Positions 55,922-63,851 are shown, numbered from the stretch's first letter. The stretch: 64,000 nucleotides of DNA from a virus (IMGVR_UViG_3300016659_000057:19446-83445); one strand, 5' to 3'. Numbers and translations: made by a program. The notes: generated from the sequence alone by a model not told the origin.

Positions 55922-56515
55922 ATGAAGCCCGAAATGATCACCCTGAAACACGGCGACGCGTCTATCAAGATGCCTGCCTCGGCCTTGGCACAACTGGCAA
56001 TGGCCAGCGTGTTTGCCCAGGTGCTGCCACCGGCGGCGAACGCTCAAATGTCCGCTCCATGTGTCGCGCCATCCATTGGCGAATACTGGCCAGGCCAGGG
56101 CGGCATCAACGCGGGCTTCGTACCGCGGCGTGGCGAGGTTGCAGCCCACTATCTGATTTTCGGCGACAAAGATCTTGGTGAGTTCAAGTGGGGCCGCTAC
56201 CAGGAAGAATCGCAAGCCACCAGCAAGTGGGATGGCAAAGCCAACACTGATGCGTTGATCGCTGCGGGAGGCCATCCAGCAGCCGAAGCGGCTCGATCAT
56301 ACACAGCAGACGGTCACGAAGATTTTGACTTGCCAGCGGCCGCGCAGTTGCATCAGGCCTGGACTCACGACCTGATCACCAAGGGTTACTACTGGTCGAG
56401 TTCGCAGCGCTCAGCCCACACCGCCTTCTACATGCTCTTCGATGTTGGCTATCAGTACGACTTCGCCAAGTACCTCGAGCTCCGTGTCCGCCCCGTCCGC
56501 AGATTCTTTATTTAA
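55922..56515 (+). CDS. DGR target 1, DUF1566 / C-type-lectin-fold protein
   Basis: DG..NT, LPA..QL, YWSSS...RVRPVR with C-terminal VR; GAGGA RBS. Confidence 0.88.
   Translation: MKPEMITLKHGDASIKMPASALAQLAMASVFAQVLPPAANAQMSAPCVAPSIGEYWPGQGGINAGFVPRRGEVAAHYLIFGDKDLGEFKWGRYQEESQATSKWDGKANTDALIAAGGHPAAEAARSYTADGHEDFDLPAAAQLHQAWTHDLITKGYYWSSSQRSAHTAFYMLFDVGYQYDFAKYLELRVRPVRRFFI
56402..56506 (+). repeat. Variable region VR1
   Basis: 105 nt, 16 mismatches to TR, all at TR adenines. Confidence 0.96.
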
Positions 56516-56548
56516 TCCTTCATCCATTCGTTCTTGATCCGGCACACC

Positions 56549-56565
56549 AGGGCGCACAGCGCCTT
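56549..56565 (+). other. GC hairpin downstream of VR1 (DGR target hairpin and/or terminator)
   Basis: AGGGCGC-ACA-GCGCCTT followed by T-run. Confidence 0.5.
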
Positions 56566-56594
56566 TTTTGTTGCCTTCGAAAAGAGGAAGCACC

Positions 56595-57215
56595 ATGTCC
56601 GCAGTTGAGAAAGCAGCACCGGCAGTGACCATCCCGGCCATCGGCCAGGCCTACGGCGGCGGTTTCGTCACCGGCATCACCCGCGATCCGGCAACCGGTA
56701 AGCGCTCCCTGCACATCACCGCCGGCGCAGCGCATGAGCTGATCGGTAAGTGGGGCGAGTACGGCGAGAAGATCGAAGGTGCCGACAGCTTCACCGACAG
56801 CTTGGCCAACACCCAGGCCATGGCAGCGGCAGGGAGTGAACTGGCAGCGAAGGTGCTAGCCCTGAATATCGAAGGCTTCGCCGATTGGGCGATCCCAGCG
56901 CGCGACGTGCAGGAGCTGCAATACCGCCACTTCAAGCCGACCACCGAAGAGAACTGGGAGAACTCGCGCAACGGTGACAATCCGCACAGCGAGCCAGTCG
57001 GCAAGCTGTACAGCGCCGAAGACCCGCTGCAAACCGTGCACGCCGCCTTCCAAGAAGGTGGCGCCGAAGCCTTCCGCGAAACCTGGTACTGGTCGAGTTC
57101 GCAGCGCTCAGCCAACAACGCATTCGGCATGACCTTCGTTGCTGGCACTCAGGACGGCACCGGCAAGGATCACGAGCTCCGTGTCCGCCCCGTCCGCAGC
57201 GAGCTTATTGATTAA
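56595..57215 (+). CDS. DGR target 2, DUF1566 / C-type-lectin-fold protein
   Basis: DS..NT, DWAIPARD, YWSSS...RVRPVR with C-terminal VR; AGAGGAA RBS. Confidence 0.88.
   Translation: MSAVEKAAPAVTIPAIGQAYGGGFVTGITRDPATGKRSLHITAGAAHELIGKWGEYGEKIEGADSFTDSLANTQAMAAAGSELAAKVLALNIEGFADWAIPARDVQELQYRHFKPTTEENWENSRNGDNPHSEPVGKLYSAEDPLQTVHAAFQEGGAEAFRETWYWSSSQRSANNAFGMTFVAGTQDGTGKDHELRVRPVRSELID
57099..57199 (+). repeat. Variable region VR2
   Basis: 101 nt, 14 mismatches to TR: 13 at TR adenines, one C>T. Confidence 0.95.
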
Positions 57216-57229
57216 TTCGCTTATTTAAT

Positions 57230-57247
57230 CCGGTCGCTTGCGGCCGG
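57230..57247 (+). other. GC hairpin downstream of VR2
   Basis: CCGGTCG-CTTG-CGGCCGG. Confidence 0.55.
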
Positions 57248-57276
57248 TTGCTTTTGCTTTTTGGAGCTGTACCGCA

Positions 57277-57633
57277 ATGGGAATGCACACCGATCTGTCG
57301 ATCTATCGAGCGGCCATGGGCCTCCTGCACATGGCGACCATCCTGACTCGCAACATCCCGCGAGACCTCAAACAATCGCTGGGCAAGCGAGTGATCGACG
57401 AATGCATCGAGGTCGTGATGCTGATCGCCCGTGCAAACGCAACCCAGGACAAACGCCCCCACCTGACTCTGCTGGTCGAGAGGGTTCAAGTGGTCGAGTT
57501 CCTGATGCGCCTATTCAAGGACAGCCGATTCATCAGTGTCGAACAGCATGCTAAAGCGATCGAGGTAACAGCCTCCGTCGGCAAGCAAGCCAACGCCTGG
57601 AAACGCTCCACCCCAACCGCGCCCGCTACCTGA
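57277..57633 (+). CDS. avd: DGR accessory variability determinant (four-helix bundle)
   Basis: L.IY....P...K.SLG...I.RAN...LMRL......IS......VGKQANAWKR; lies between target and TR. Confidence 0.88.
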   Translation: MGMHTDLSIYRAAMGLLHMATILTRNIPRDLKQSLGKRVIDECIEVVMLIARANATQDKRPHLTLLVERVQVVEFLMRLFKDSRFISVEQHAKAIEVTASVGKQANAWKRSTPTAPAT

Positions 57634-57805
57634 AGGTTACGGCTTTCTGGTCTGTGCGAATTGAATCTGGTCGTGCCGCTGACCTGATAGGTCACCGCCA
57701 TGCGCATCAGGGATACCGACGGTCTAAAGTGTCCGTGCAGGTCTCGCGCAGTTTCCTTGCTGATCGGCTATGCCTTCGGCTCGGCGACGTAGATAGCACG
57801 ATAGG

Positions 57806-57910
57806 TCGCAGCGCTCAGCCAACAACGCATTCAACATGAACTTCGATGATGGCAATCAGAACAACAACGACAAGAACAACGAGCTCCGTGTCCGCCCCGT
57901 CCGCAGATTC
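57806..57910 (+). repeat. DGR template repeat (TR)
   Basis: 105 nt, 33 adenines, nine AAC and one AAT codon in the target reading frame. Confidence 0.96.
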
Positions 57911-59006
57911 GACTTTGGGTCCCTACCCGTTTCAGGATCTGGTTCAGGCCTATTACGACTGCCGAAGCACCAAGCGCAACAGCGACAGCGCACTGGCTTT
58001 CGAGATCGACCTGGAGCGGAACCTGATTCAACTGCACGACGACCTGGTCAGCGGCAATTACCGCCCAGGCCGATCCATTTGTTTCGTTGTCACCCGCCCC
58101 AAAGCCCGCGAAGTCTGGGCGGCAGCCTTTCGGGACCGCGTCGTCCACCACCTGATGTACAACCATGTGGCCCCGCGCTTCTACGCCAGCTTCATAGCGG
58201 ACAGTTGCGCGTGTATTCCAGGGCGCGGCACGATGTACGCCGCCAAGCGGCTTGAGTCGAAGATTCGTAGCGCCAGTGAGAACTGGTCGAAGCCGATCTT
58301 CTACCTGAAGTGCGACCTGGCCAACTTCTTTGTCGCCATCGACAAGGCGGTGCTGCGCAAGCAACTTGAGGCCAGGATCACCGAACCATGGTGGCTCGCC
58401 CTGGCCACGCAGATCCTCATGCACGACCCGCGTGAGGATTACGAGACGCGAAGCCCGGCGCACCTGTTCAACCGGGTGCCGCAGCACAAGCGACTGGTGG
58501 CCCAGCCCTCCCGCCTCGGCCTGCCGATCGGCAATCTGTCATCGCAGTTCTTCGCCAACGTCTACCTCGACGCCCTGGACCAGTTCGCCAAGCACAGGCT
58601 GCGCGCCAAGCACTACATACGCTACGTGGACGACTTCGTCTTTCTGCATGAGTCACCGCAACGGCTCAACCAGTGGCTGGCCGAGGTCGAAGCTTTCCTG
58701 CCCAAGCTCGGCGCCAAGCTGAACCCCACCAAGACGATCCTGCAGCCCGTGGATCGCGGCGTCGACTTCGTGGGCCACGTCATCAAGCCCTGGCGGCGCA
58801 CCACCCGCAAGCGATCACTGGCCCAGGCACTGAAGCGCACCGCCGCGGCGCCGGCCGAGGATCTGCGCGAGACGGCCAACAGCTACTTCGGCCTGCTCAG
58901 CCAGGCCAGCCACAGCCATATGGACCGGGCAGCACTCGCCCGCGTCGTGCTGAAGCGCGGCAATAGCGTCAACGCCGCGCTGACCAAGACCTTTCAGAAA
59001 AAGTAA
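57846..59006 (+). CDS. DGR reverse transcriptase (start uncertain: ATG 57846 inside TR or TTG 57915)
   Basis: RDRVVHH, CDLANFF, GLPIGNLSSQFFANVYL (DGR-type SQ motif), YIRYVDDF, GVDFVGH. Confidence 0.95.
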   Translation: MMAIRTTTTRTTSSVSAPSADSTLGPYPFQDLVQAYYDCRSTKRNSDSALAFEIDLERNLIQLHDDLVSGNYRPGRSICFVVTRPKAREVWAAAFRDRVVHHLMYNHVAPRFYASFIADSCACIPGRGTMYAAKRLESKIRSASENWSKPIFYLKCDLANFFVAIDKAVLRKQLEARITEPWWLALATQILMHDPREDYETRSPAHLFNRVPQHKRLVAQPSRLGLPIGNLSSQFFANVYLDALDQFAKHRLRAKHYIRYVDDFVFLHESPQRLNQWLAEVEAFLPKLGAKLNPTKTILQPVDRGVDFVGHVIKPWRRTTRKRSLAQALKRTAAAPAEDLRETANSYFGLLSQASHSHMDRAALARVVLKRGNSVNAALTKTFQKK

Positions 59007-59050
59007 CTACCCCACTCCACCGCCCGGGCATGGCCCGGCAAGGACTCCCC

Positions 59051-59608
59051 GTGATCAACTTGTTCTGGCGCTTGGTCGCCAAGCTGCTTGCGCGCCCGGC
59101 GGTTGCCGCCTGGCTCATCACCCGCGCCCAGCGCACCCCGTACCTGCACATCATGTCCGCCGACGGCGCCGAGATGTACATGGGCCGCTGGTGGCTGTTC
59201 AACCCCTACTCCCGCGACACGCACAAGCCTGCGCTGCGGTGGTGCCCGTGGTCGTTCCGTGTGCACCACATCATGCGGCCCGACGAGGACCGGGATCTGC
59301 ATGACCACCCGTGGGATGCCCGCACGATCATCCTGCGCGGCTGGTACACCGAACAGCGCTTGCTAGACCACGATGACCCGGTGTTGTCCGGCCTGAACGT
59401 GCCTTTCGGCGCCCAGGCCACCGAATACATCGACCGCCACGCCGGCGACACCGCCCGCCTCAACCACGGCGAGTACCACCGGATCGACGAGCTATCGCCC
59501 GGCGGCGTCTACACCCTCTTCATCACCAGCAAGTGGCGTGGTGAATGGGGCTTTCTGGTCAACGGCGTGAAGGTTCCATGGCGCACCTACACCGGCACAG
59601 ACAATTGA
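59051..59608 (+). CDS. Cupin-like hypothetical protein
   Basis: DLHDHPWD...ILRGWYTE and GEYHRI His motifs; AAGGA RBS, GTG start. Confidence 0.68.
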   Translation: MINLFWRLVAKLLARPAVAAWLITRAQRTPYLHIMSADGAEMYMGRWWLFNPYSRDTHKPALRWCPWSFRVHHIMRPDEDRDLHDHPWDARTIILRGWYTEQRLLDHDDPVLSGLNVPFGAQATEYIDRHAGDTARLNHGEYHRIDELSPGGVYTLFITSKWRGEWGFLVNGVKVPWRTYTGTDN

Positions 59609-59618
59609 GGTTTTGAGT

Positions 59619-59954
59619 ATGAGCAAGGTAATTCAAACAGTGGAAGAGCTGGACGCCGTCCTGCATTGGCGCAACAAGCATGCTGTGGCGATCAAGGAGC
59701 GTGACGCACTGCAGCAAAAATTGGCAGTGGCGACAGCGATGCATCCATTCGCCGAAAAGGTGATCCGCAAACTGGAACGCTTCCAGGAGTGCGCGGACGA
59801 CGGGCAAGGCGCCGACATCGGACGGCACTGGTTTGACCTGCTGACCCAGCTCGGCCTGCTGAATCGTGTGCAGCGCAGCCCTGCTCTCTGGGAAATGACC
59901 CAGCAAGGCGAAGACGCCCTGAAATTATCACGGCAGAGCGCCAAATCCCGATAG
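59619..59954 (+). CDS. Hypothetical protein
   Basis: GAG RBS, coiled coil then wHTH-like end. Confidence 0.65.
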   Translation: MSKVIQTVEELDAVLHWRNKHAVAIKERDALQQKLAVATAMHPFAEKVIRKLERFQECADDGQGADIGRHWFDLLTQLGLLNRVQRSPALWEMTQQGEDALKLSRQSAKSR

Positions 59955-59984
59955 GAGTACATCCGTACTCCACCCGCAAAACCT

Positions 59985-60038
59985 GTAACCCCCCCCCTTC
60001 AAAGTCAGCCGCTATAACGGCAAGGACGAAGTCATGCC
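59985..60038. repeat. Conserved intergenic leader motif, found split at 3425..3462 and 3984..4015
   Basis: GTAACCCC..CTTCAAAGTCAGCCGCTATAACGGCAAGGACGAAGTCATGCC. Confidence 0.8.
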
Positions 60039-60345
60039 CGTGGAAAATGGAAAAGAAGTATTCGAATTGAACGGCGACCAACCTGCACCACTTCCATTGC
60101 TCGCCTTCATGGTCGGCGACTGCGATTGGGTTGCGGCTGTCGATGAGGCAGGCGCACGTCGGGTGCTCGAAGAAATGAACGGCGAAGAGCCTGGCGCCTA
60201 TGACGACTGGGATGTTGAGCTGGTCAGTGCTGAATGGCTCGACAAGCCGTGGTGCGATGAAGATGACCGCACGAAGATCGTCGGTACGTTGCGCGAATGG
60301 CTGGCCGCCGCCACCGAGCCGGCGTACCTCGCCGGGACGGAGTAA
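60034..60345 (+). CDS. Acidic hypothetical protein
   Basis: AAGGAC RBS. Confidence 0.7.
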   Translation: MPVENGKEVFELNGDQPAPLPLLAFMVGDCDWVAAVDEAGARRVLEEMNGEEPGAYDDWDVELVSAEWLDKPWCDEDDRTKIVGTLREWLAAATEPAYLAGTE

Positions 60346-60348
60346 GCC

Positions 60349-60750
60349 ATGAGCCGAAGCGGATATAGCGATGATTGCGGCGGATGGGATTTGATCTGCT
60401 GGAGGGGTGCCGTTAATTCGGCGCTGAAGGGAAAGCGCGGCCAGGCTTTCCTGATCGAGTTACGCGATGCGCTGGACGCCATGCCTGCAAAGCGTTTAGT
60501 GGCAGACACCCTCGAAGCCGACGGCCAGTTCTGCACCTTGGGCGTTCTCGGGGCAAAGCGCGGCATCGACATGGGAGCCATAGATGCGCATTGCCGAGAA
60601 ACAGTGTCGGAAGCCTTCGGAATAGCGCCAGCCATGGCCGCCGAAGTCGTGTTTGAGAACGACGAGTGCGGATGGAACGAAACCCCTGAGCAGCGCTGGC
60701 AGCGGATGCGGAAATGGATCGACAGCCATATCAAGGAGGTGACGCCATGA
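60349..60750 (+). CDS. Phage hypothetical protein
   Basis: MSRSGYSDDC...WRGAV..A..GKRGQAFL; GGAG RBS. Confidence 0.75.
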   Translation: MSRSGYSDDCGGWDLICWRGAVNSALKGKRGQAFLIELRDALDAMPAKRLVADTLEADGQFCTLGVLGAKRGIDMGAIDAHCRETVSEAFGIAPAMAAEVVFENDECGWNETPEQRWQRMRKWIDSHIKEVTP

Positions 60751-60803
60751 TCGCCCCCCTCTGGTTCGCCTACGTCTTCATCTACAAGGGGCCAAGGCCA
60801 TGA
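60747..60803 (+). CDS. 18-aa hydrophobic peptide MIAPLWFAYVFIYKGPRP
   Basis: AAGGAGGT RBS; ATGA overlaps at both ends. Confidence 0.6.
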   Translation: MIAPLWFAYVFIYKGPRP

Positions 60804-61570
60804 ACGAGTATCAGCTCTATCTCGGCGATTGCCTGGAGGTCATGAAGCAGTTGCCAGACGCCAGCGTCGACATGGTGCTGGCCGACCTCCCCTACGGCAC
60901 CACCCAGTGCGCCTGGGACACCATCATCCCGCTCGATCCACTTTGGCGTGAATACTTGCGGATCGCCAAGCCGGAAGCAGCCATCGTACTGTGCGCGGCC
61001 CAACCGTTCGCCTCGATGCTGGTGGCGAGCAACCCAAAGCACTACAAATACGAATGGATATGGGAGAAAGGCGCGGCCACAGGCTTCCTCAACGCCAAGA
61101 AGCAGCCGCTTCGGGCTCATGAAAGCGCGCAGGTGTTCTACCGGAAGCAACCGGTGTACAACCCGAGAATGACCACTGGCCATCAACGCAAGACGTCGAA
61201 GCGAAAGTCGGTGGAGTCGGAGTGCTACGGCAAGGCGCTGAACCTGACCGAATACGACTCGACAGAGCGGTACCCACGGTCGGTGCAGTTCTTTTCCAGC
61301 GACAAGCAGACCGCCAGCTATCACCCCACCCAAAAGCCCGTAGCCTGGATGGAGTTCTTGATCAGCACGTACTCCGATCAGGGGGGGGTGGTGATGGACA
61401 ACACCATGGGTAGCGGTACCACTGGCGTTGCTTGCATGAAACTGAGGCGGCAGTTCATCGGCATTGAGCAGGACGCCGGTTACTTCGGAACCGCCCAACA
61501 ACGGATCGCCGATGCGATCACCGTCCGCGACACCCCGGTACCGCAAATCGATCTGTTCGCAACAGCCTAA
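60800..61570 (+). CDS. DNA N6A/N4C methyltransferase (beta-type order, orphan)
   Basis: DLPY motif IV first, HPTQKP, DNTMGSGTTG motif I. Confidence 0.9.
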   Translation: MNEYQLYLGDCLEVMKQLPDASVDMVLADLPYGTTQCAWDTIIPLDPLWREYLRIAKPEAAIVLCAAQPFASMLVASNPKHYKYEWIWEKGAATGFLNAKKQPLRAHESAQVFYRKQPVYNPRMTTGHQRKTSKRKSVESECYGKALNLTEYDSTERYPRSVQFFSSDKQTASYHPTQKPVAWMEFLISTYSDQGGVVMDNTMGSGTTGVACMKLRRQFIGIEQDAGYFGTAQQRIADAITVRDTPVPQIDLFATA

Positions 61571-61580
61571 CCCCAATCTC

Positions 61581-62174
61581 CCTACATGCCTGCCGGTGGG
61601 CGAAGTCACGGCAACTGACTATCGATCCATCGTTCAGCTGCCGCCATCGCTTCATCAAGCGCTGCCGGATAGTCAGGCCAAGGGCCTTCTAACTCTGCGG
61701 CAACCTCACCCAACCCATTGATGGGTGCTGGTTCAATGATCTTTGCGGCAACAGGGCTCTCGTCGTTCGGGCGGCGCCAGTCGAACTTGAGAACCATCAC
61801 GTGGCCCCGGTAAACGTGAGCTATCGGAGCATCGAAGTTGTGTGACACGTCCATGCCTCATCACGAACTTAATTGAACCCTTTTGTACACCGCTTCGGGC
61901 CTGTTTGAAAGATAGGCAGAAAGCTATCACTCCAATCCCCTATATGCCGCCTCGCGCGGCTAGGACACCCCCCCATGCTCGCAATGAAACTCACTCTGAT
62001 ACTGCTGGGCGCTTTGCTGTACCTGGTCGGCATCGGATGCTGGTTCTTCTGGATCGCCCCCCGCCTTCTGGCCGACGGCGAAACGGCCGACATCCTCTAC
62101 GCCTTCGCCGGCACTTGCGGCTGGCTGCTGATCACCTTCGGCCTGGCCATCCAAATCATCAAGACAGCACGGCC
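61581..62174. repeat. ~0.6 kb block homologous to 4781..5373
   Basis: Direct comparison. Confidence 0.9.
61606..61854 (-). CDS. 82-aa hypothetical protein (copy 2)
   Basis: Near-identical to 4806..5054. Confidence 0.7.
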   Translation of the reverse strand: MDVSHNFDAPIAHVYRGHVMVLKFDWRRPNDESPVAAKIIEPAPINGLGEVAAELEGPWPDYPAALDEAMAAAERWIDSQLP

Positions 62175-62196
62175 CACGGCCGCCGGCCGGAGGTAG
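61975..62196 (+). CDS. Small two-TM membrane protein
   Basis: Paralogue of 5174..5404. Confidence 0.7.
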   Translation: MLAMKLTLILLGALLYLVGIGCWFFWIAPRLLADGETADILYAFAGTCGWLLITFGLAIQIIKTARPTAAGRR

Positions 62197-62198
62197 TC

Positions 62199-62441
62199 AT
62201 GCAAGCAGAGATCCTGTCGGACGACGAGCTCGCCGACCTAACCGGCTACAAGCAGCGCGCTCACCAGCGCAAATGGCTGAAAGACCGAAACTGGGTGTTC
62301 ATCGAGAGCCGTGGCGGTCGCCCTCTGGTGGGTCGGATGTACGCGCGCATGAAGCTTGGGATGGTTAACGCCGCAATCGCAGATCCAAACCCGCCGCCGG
62401 CGCGTCCAGCTTGGACGCCTGATTTCTCCAGAGTGAACTGA
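62199..62441 (+). CDS. DUF4224-type excisionase-like protein
   Basis: LSDDELADLTGYK....QRKWL...GRPLVGR; GGAGG RBS. Confidence 0.78.
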   Translation: MQAEILSDDELADLTGYKQRAHQRKWLKDRNWVFIESRGGRPLVGRMYARMKLGMVNAAIADPNPPPARPAWTPDFSRVN

Positions 62442-62442
62442 T

Positions 62443-63492
62443 ATGCGCCCCCGAAACACGGAAAACAGGGACTTGCCGCCAGGAATGGTGCGTCGTAAGC
62501 GCCCAAGGAAGAATGGCAAGGTCTGGATCGGCTACTACTACCGTGACTCAGCGGGAAAAGAGATTCCGCTTGGTACAGACCTGAGCAAAGCCCGGCTGAA
62601 GTGGGCCGAACTGGAGGCCAAAGAAAAGCCTGCCGACCTGACAACGATGAAGGGCATCTTCGACCGATACGTGCGCGACGTCATCCCAAAAAAGGGGGAG
62701 CGAACCCAGAAGGACAACATGGCCGAACTGAAACAGCTTCGTCCTACGTTTGATGAGGCGCCCATCGATTCAATTACGCCGTTCAACGTCGCCGGCTACC
62801 GTGATGCCCGCTCAGCGAAGGTTCGTGCCAACCGCGAGATCGCGCTCCTGTCCCACGTTTTCAACATGGCCAGGGAGTGGGGGCTCACGGAGCGGGAGAA
62901 CCCTTGCCAGGGCATCAGGAAGAACAAGGAGGCACCGCGTAATTACTACGCCAACGCGGCTGTTTGGGATGCCGTCTACGCGGTTGCCGAACAAGAACTC
63001 AAGGAGGCCATGGACCTGGGCTATTTGACCGGACAGCGGCCTGCTGACGTGCTGATCATGCGCAGCGACGATACCGAAGGTGACTACTTCCTGGTAACCC
63101 AGGGCAAGACCGGCCAGAAGCTTCGAATCCTGATGCGTACGGAAGCCGGGGAAAACAGCTTGGGGAGATTGCTCAGGGAGATTGGCGAAAGGAATGTCGG
63201 TCATTCATCCAAGTACCTGCTGATCAACAGGTATGGAAAGCGAATGACGAAGGGGATGTTGCGCTTGCGCTGGGACAAGGCTCGGGAAAAAGCCCAGCAG
63301 AACGCCATCGAACAAGGCGACCCGCTGCTCGCGGCCAAGATTGGAGGGTTTCAGTTCCGCGACATCCGGCCGAAGGCCGCGTCGGAAATCATCGATATCG
63401 GGGATGCCAGCCTGCTACTGGGACACAGCAAACAGGAGATCACAAAGCGGGTTTACAGGAGGATTGGCGCCACCGCGAAACCGTCCAAATAG
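62443..63492 (+). CDS. int: Tyrosine recombinase (integrase B)
   Basis: GQRPAD, FRDIRPKAASE, LLGHS, RVYRR; clearly homologous to integrase A. Confidence 0.93.
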   Translation: MRPRNTENRDLPPGMVRRKRPRKNGKVWIGYYYRDSAGKEIPLGTDLSKARLKWAELEAKEKPADLTTMKGIFDRYVRDVIPKKGERTQKDNMAELKQLRPTFDEAPIDSITPFNVAGYRDARSAKVRANREIALLSHVFNMAREWGLTERENPCQGIRKNKEAPRNYYANAAVWDAVYAVAEQELKEAMDLGYLTGQRPADVLIMRSDDTEGDYFLVTQGKTGQKLRILMRTEAGENSLGRLLREIGERNVGHSSKYLLINRYGKRMTKGMLRLRWDKAREKAQQNAIEQGDPLLAAKIGGFQFRDIRPKAASEIIDIGDASLLLGHSKQEITKRVYRRIGATAKPSK

Positions 63493-63494
63493 GC

Positions 63495-63532
63495 AAAGTT
63501 TCGGAACTCCTACCCTAAAGTTTCGGAACTCC
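63495..63532. repeat. 16-bp direct repeat AAAGTTTCGGAACTCC x2, candidate integrase B arm sites
   Basis: Copies at 63495 and 63517; related AGTTTTGGAACTC at 7015..7027 at the other prophage end. Confidence 0.65.
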
Positions 63533-63566
63533 GGCCAAAAGCAGAAGAAACATTCTCAAACACCAG

Positions 63567-63600
63567 AAACGCAAAAGCCCCGCTTTCGCGAGGCTTTCGT
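63567..63600 (-). terminator. Intrinsic terminator downstream of tRNA-Ser
   Basis: AAAGCCTCGC-GAAA-GCGGGGCTTT-TGCGTTT on minus strand; identical copy at 6807..6840. Confidence 0.8.
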
Positions 63601-63608
63601 GTAAATCT

Positions 63609-63699
63609 TGGCGGGAAACCAGGGATTCGAACCCTGGGAACGCTATTAACGTTCGCCGGTTTTCAAGACCGGTGCATTCAACCACTCTGCCAATTTCCC
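63609..63699 (-). tRNA. serT: tRNA-Ser(TGA)
   Basis: Acceptor GGGAAAT/GTTTCCC-G-CCA, anticodon loop CTTGAAA, long variable arm, TTCGAAT T-loop. Confidence 0.96.
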
Positions 63700-63851
63700 T
63701 TGTGCATCACAGGATTATAGTAGCCCATCCCGTGTCAGCGGGCGCCATAATACCCGAATGAAACACACTGTCAAACTCTCTGCATCGCTTGTTACAAGGC
63801 GTCTGTTATGATCTTTGCGACTGAACGTTTCAAAACTGAAGGAGTGTCGCC

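Larger units (their letters stand above)
55922..59006 (+). mobile_element. Diversity-generating retroelement (target1-target2-avd-TR-RT)
   Basis: All DGR components present; TR/VR mismatches almost exclusively at TR adenines. Confidence 0.96.
6803..63671. mobile_element. Prophage B, lambdoid siphovirus, ~57 kb, apparently intact, bounded by att repeats
   Basis: Full head-tail-lysis-replication-immunity-integration gene set between 109-bp direct repeats. Confidence 0.95.

Noticed and set aside
56402-57910. Three ~100-nt repeats as a CRISPR array or simple tandem duplication
   Set aside because: The repeats are too long, two are coding, there are no cas genes, and mismatches are adenine-specific.
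57836-58255. 139-aa ORF starting MNFDDGNQNNNDKNNELRVRPVRR as a third DGR target
   Set aside because: It is the TR read in the target frame running into an off-frame of the RT; it has no CLec scaffold or YWSS motif.
57846-59006. RT as group II intron, retron or Abi RT
   Set aside because: No maturase/X domain length or intron structure, no retron VTG motif or msr-msd; the SQ motif, avd and TR/VR pairs identify a DGR.
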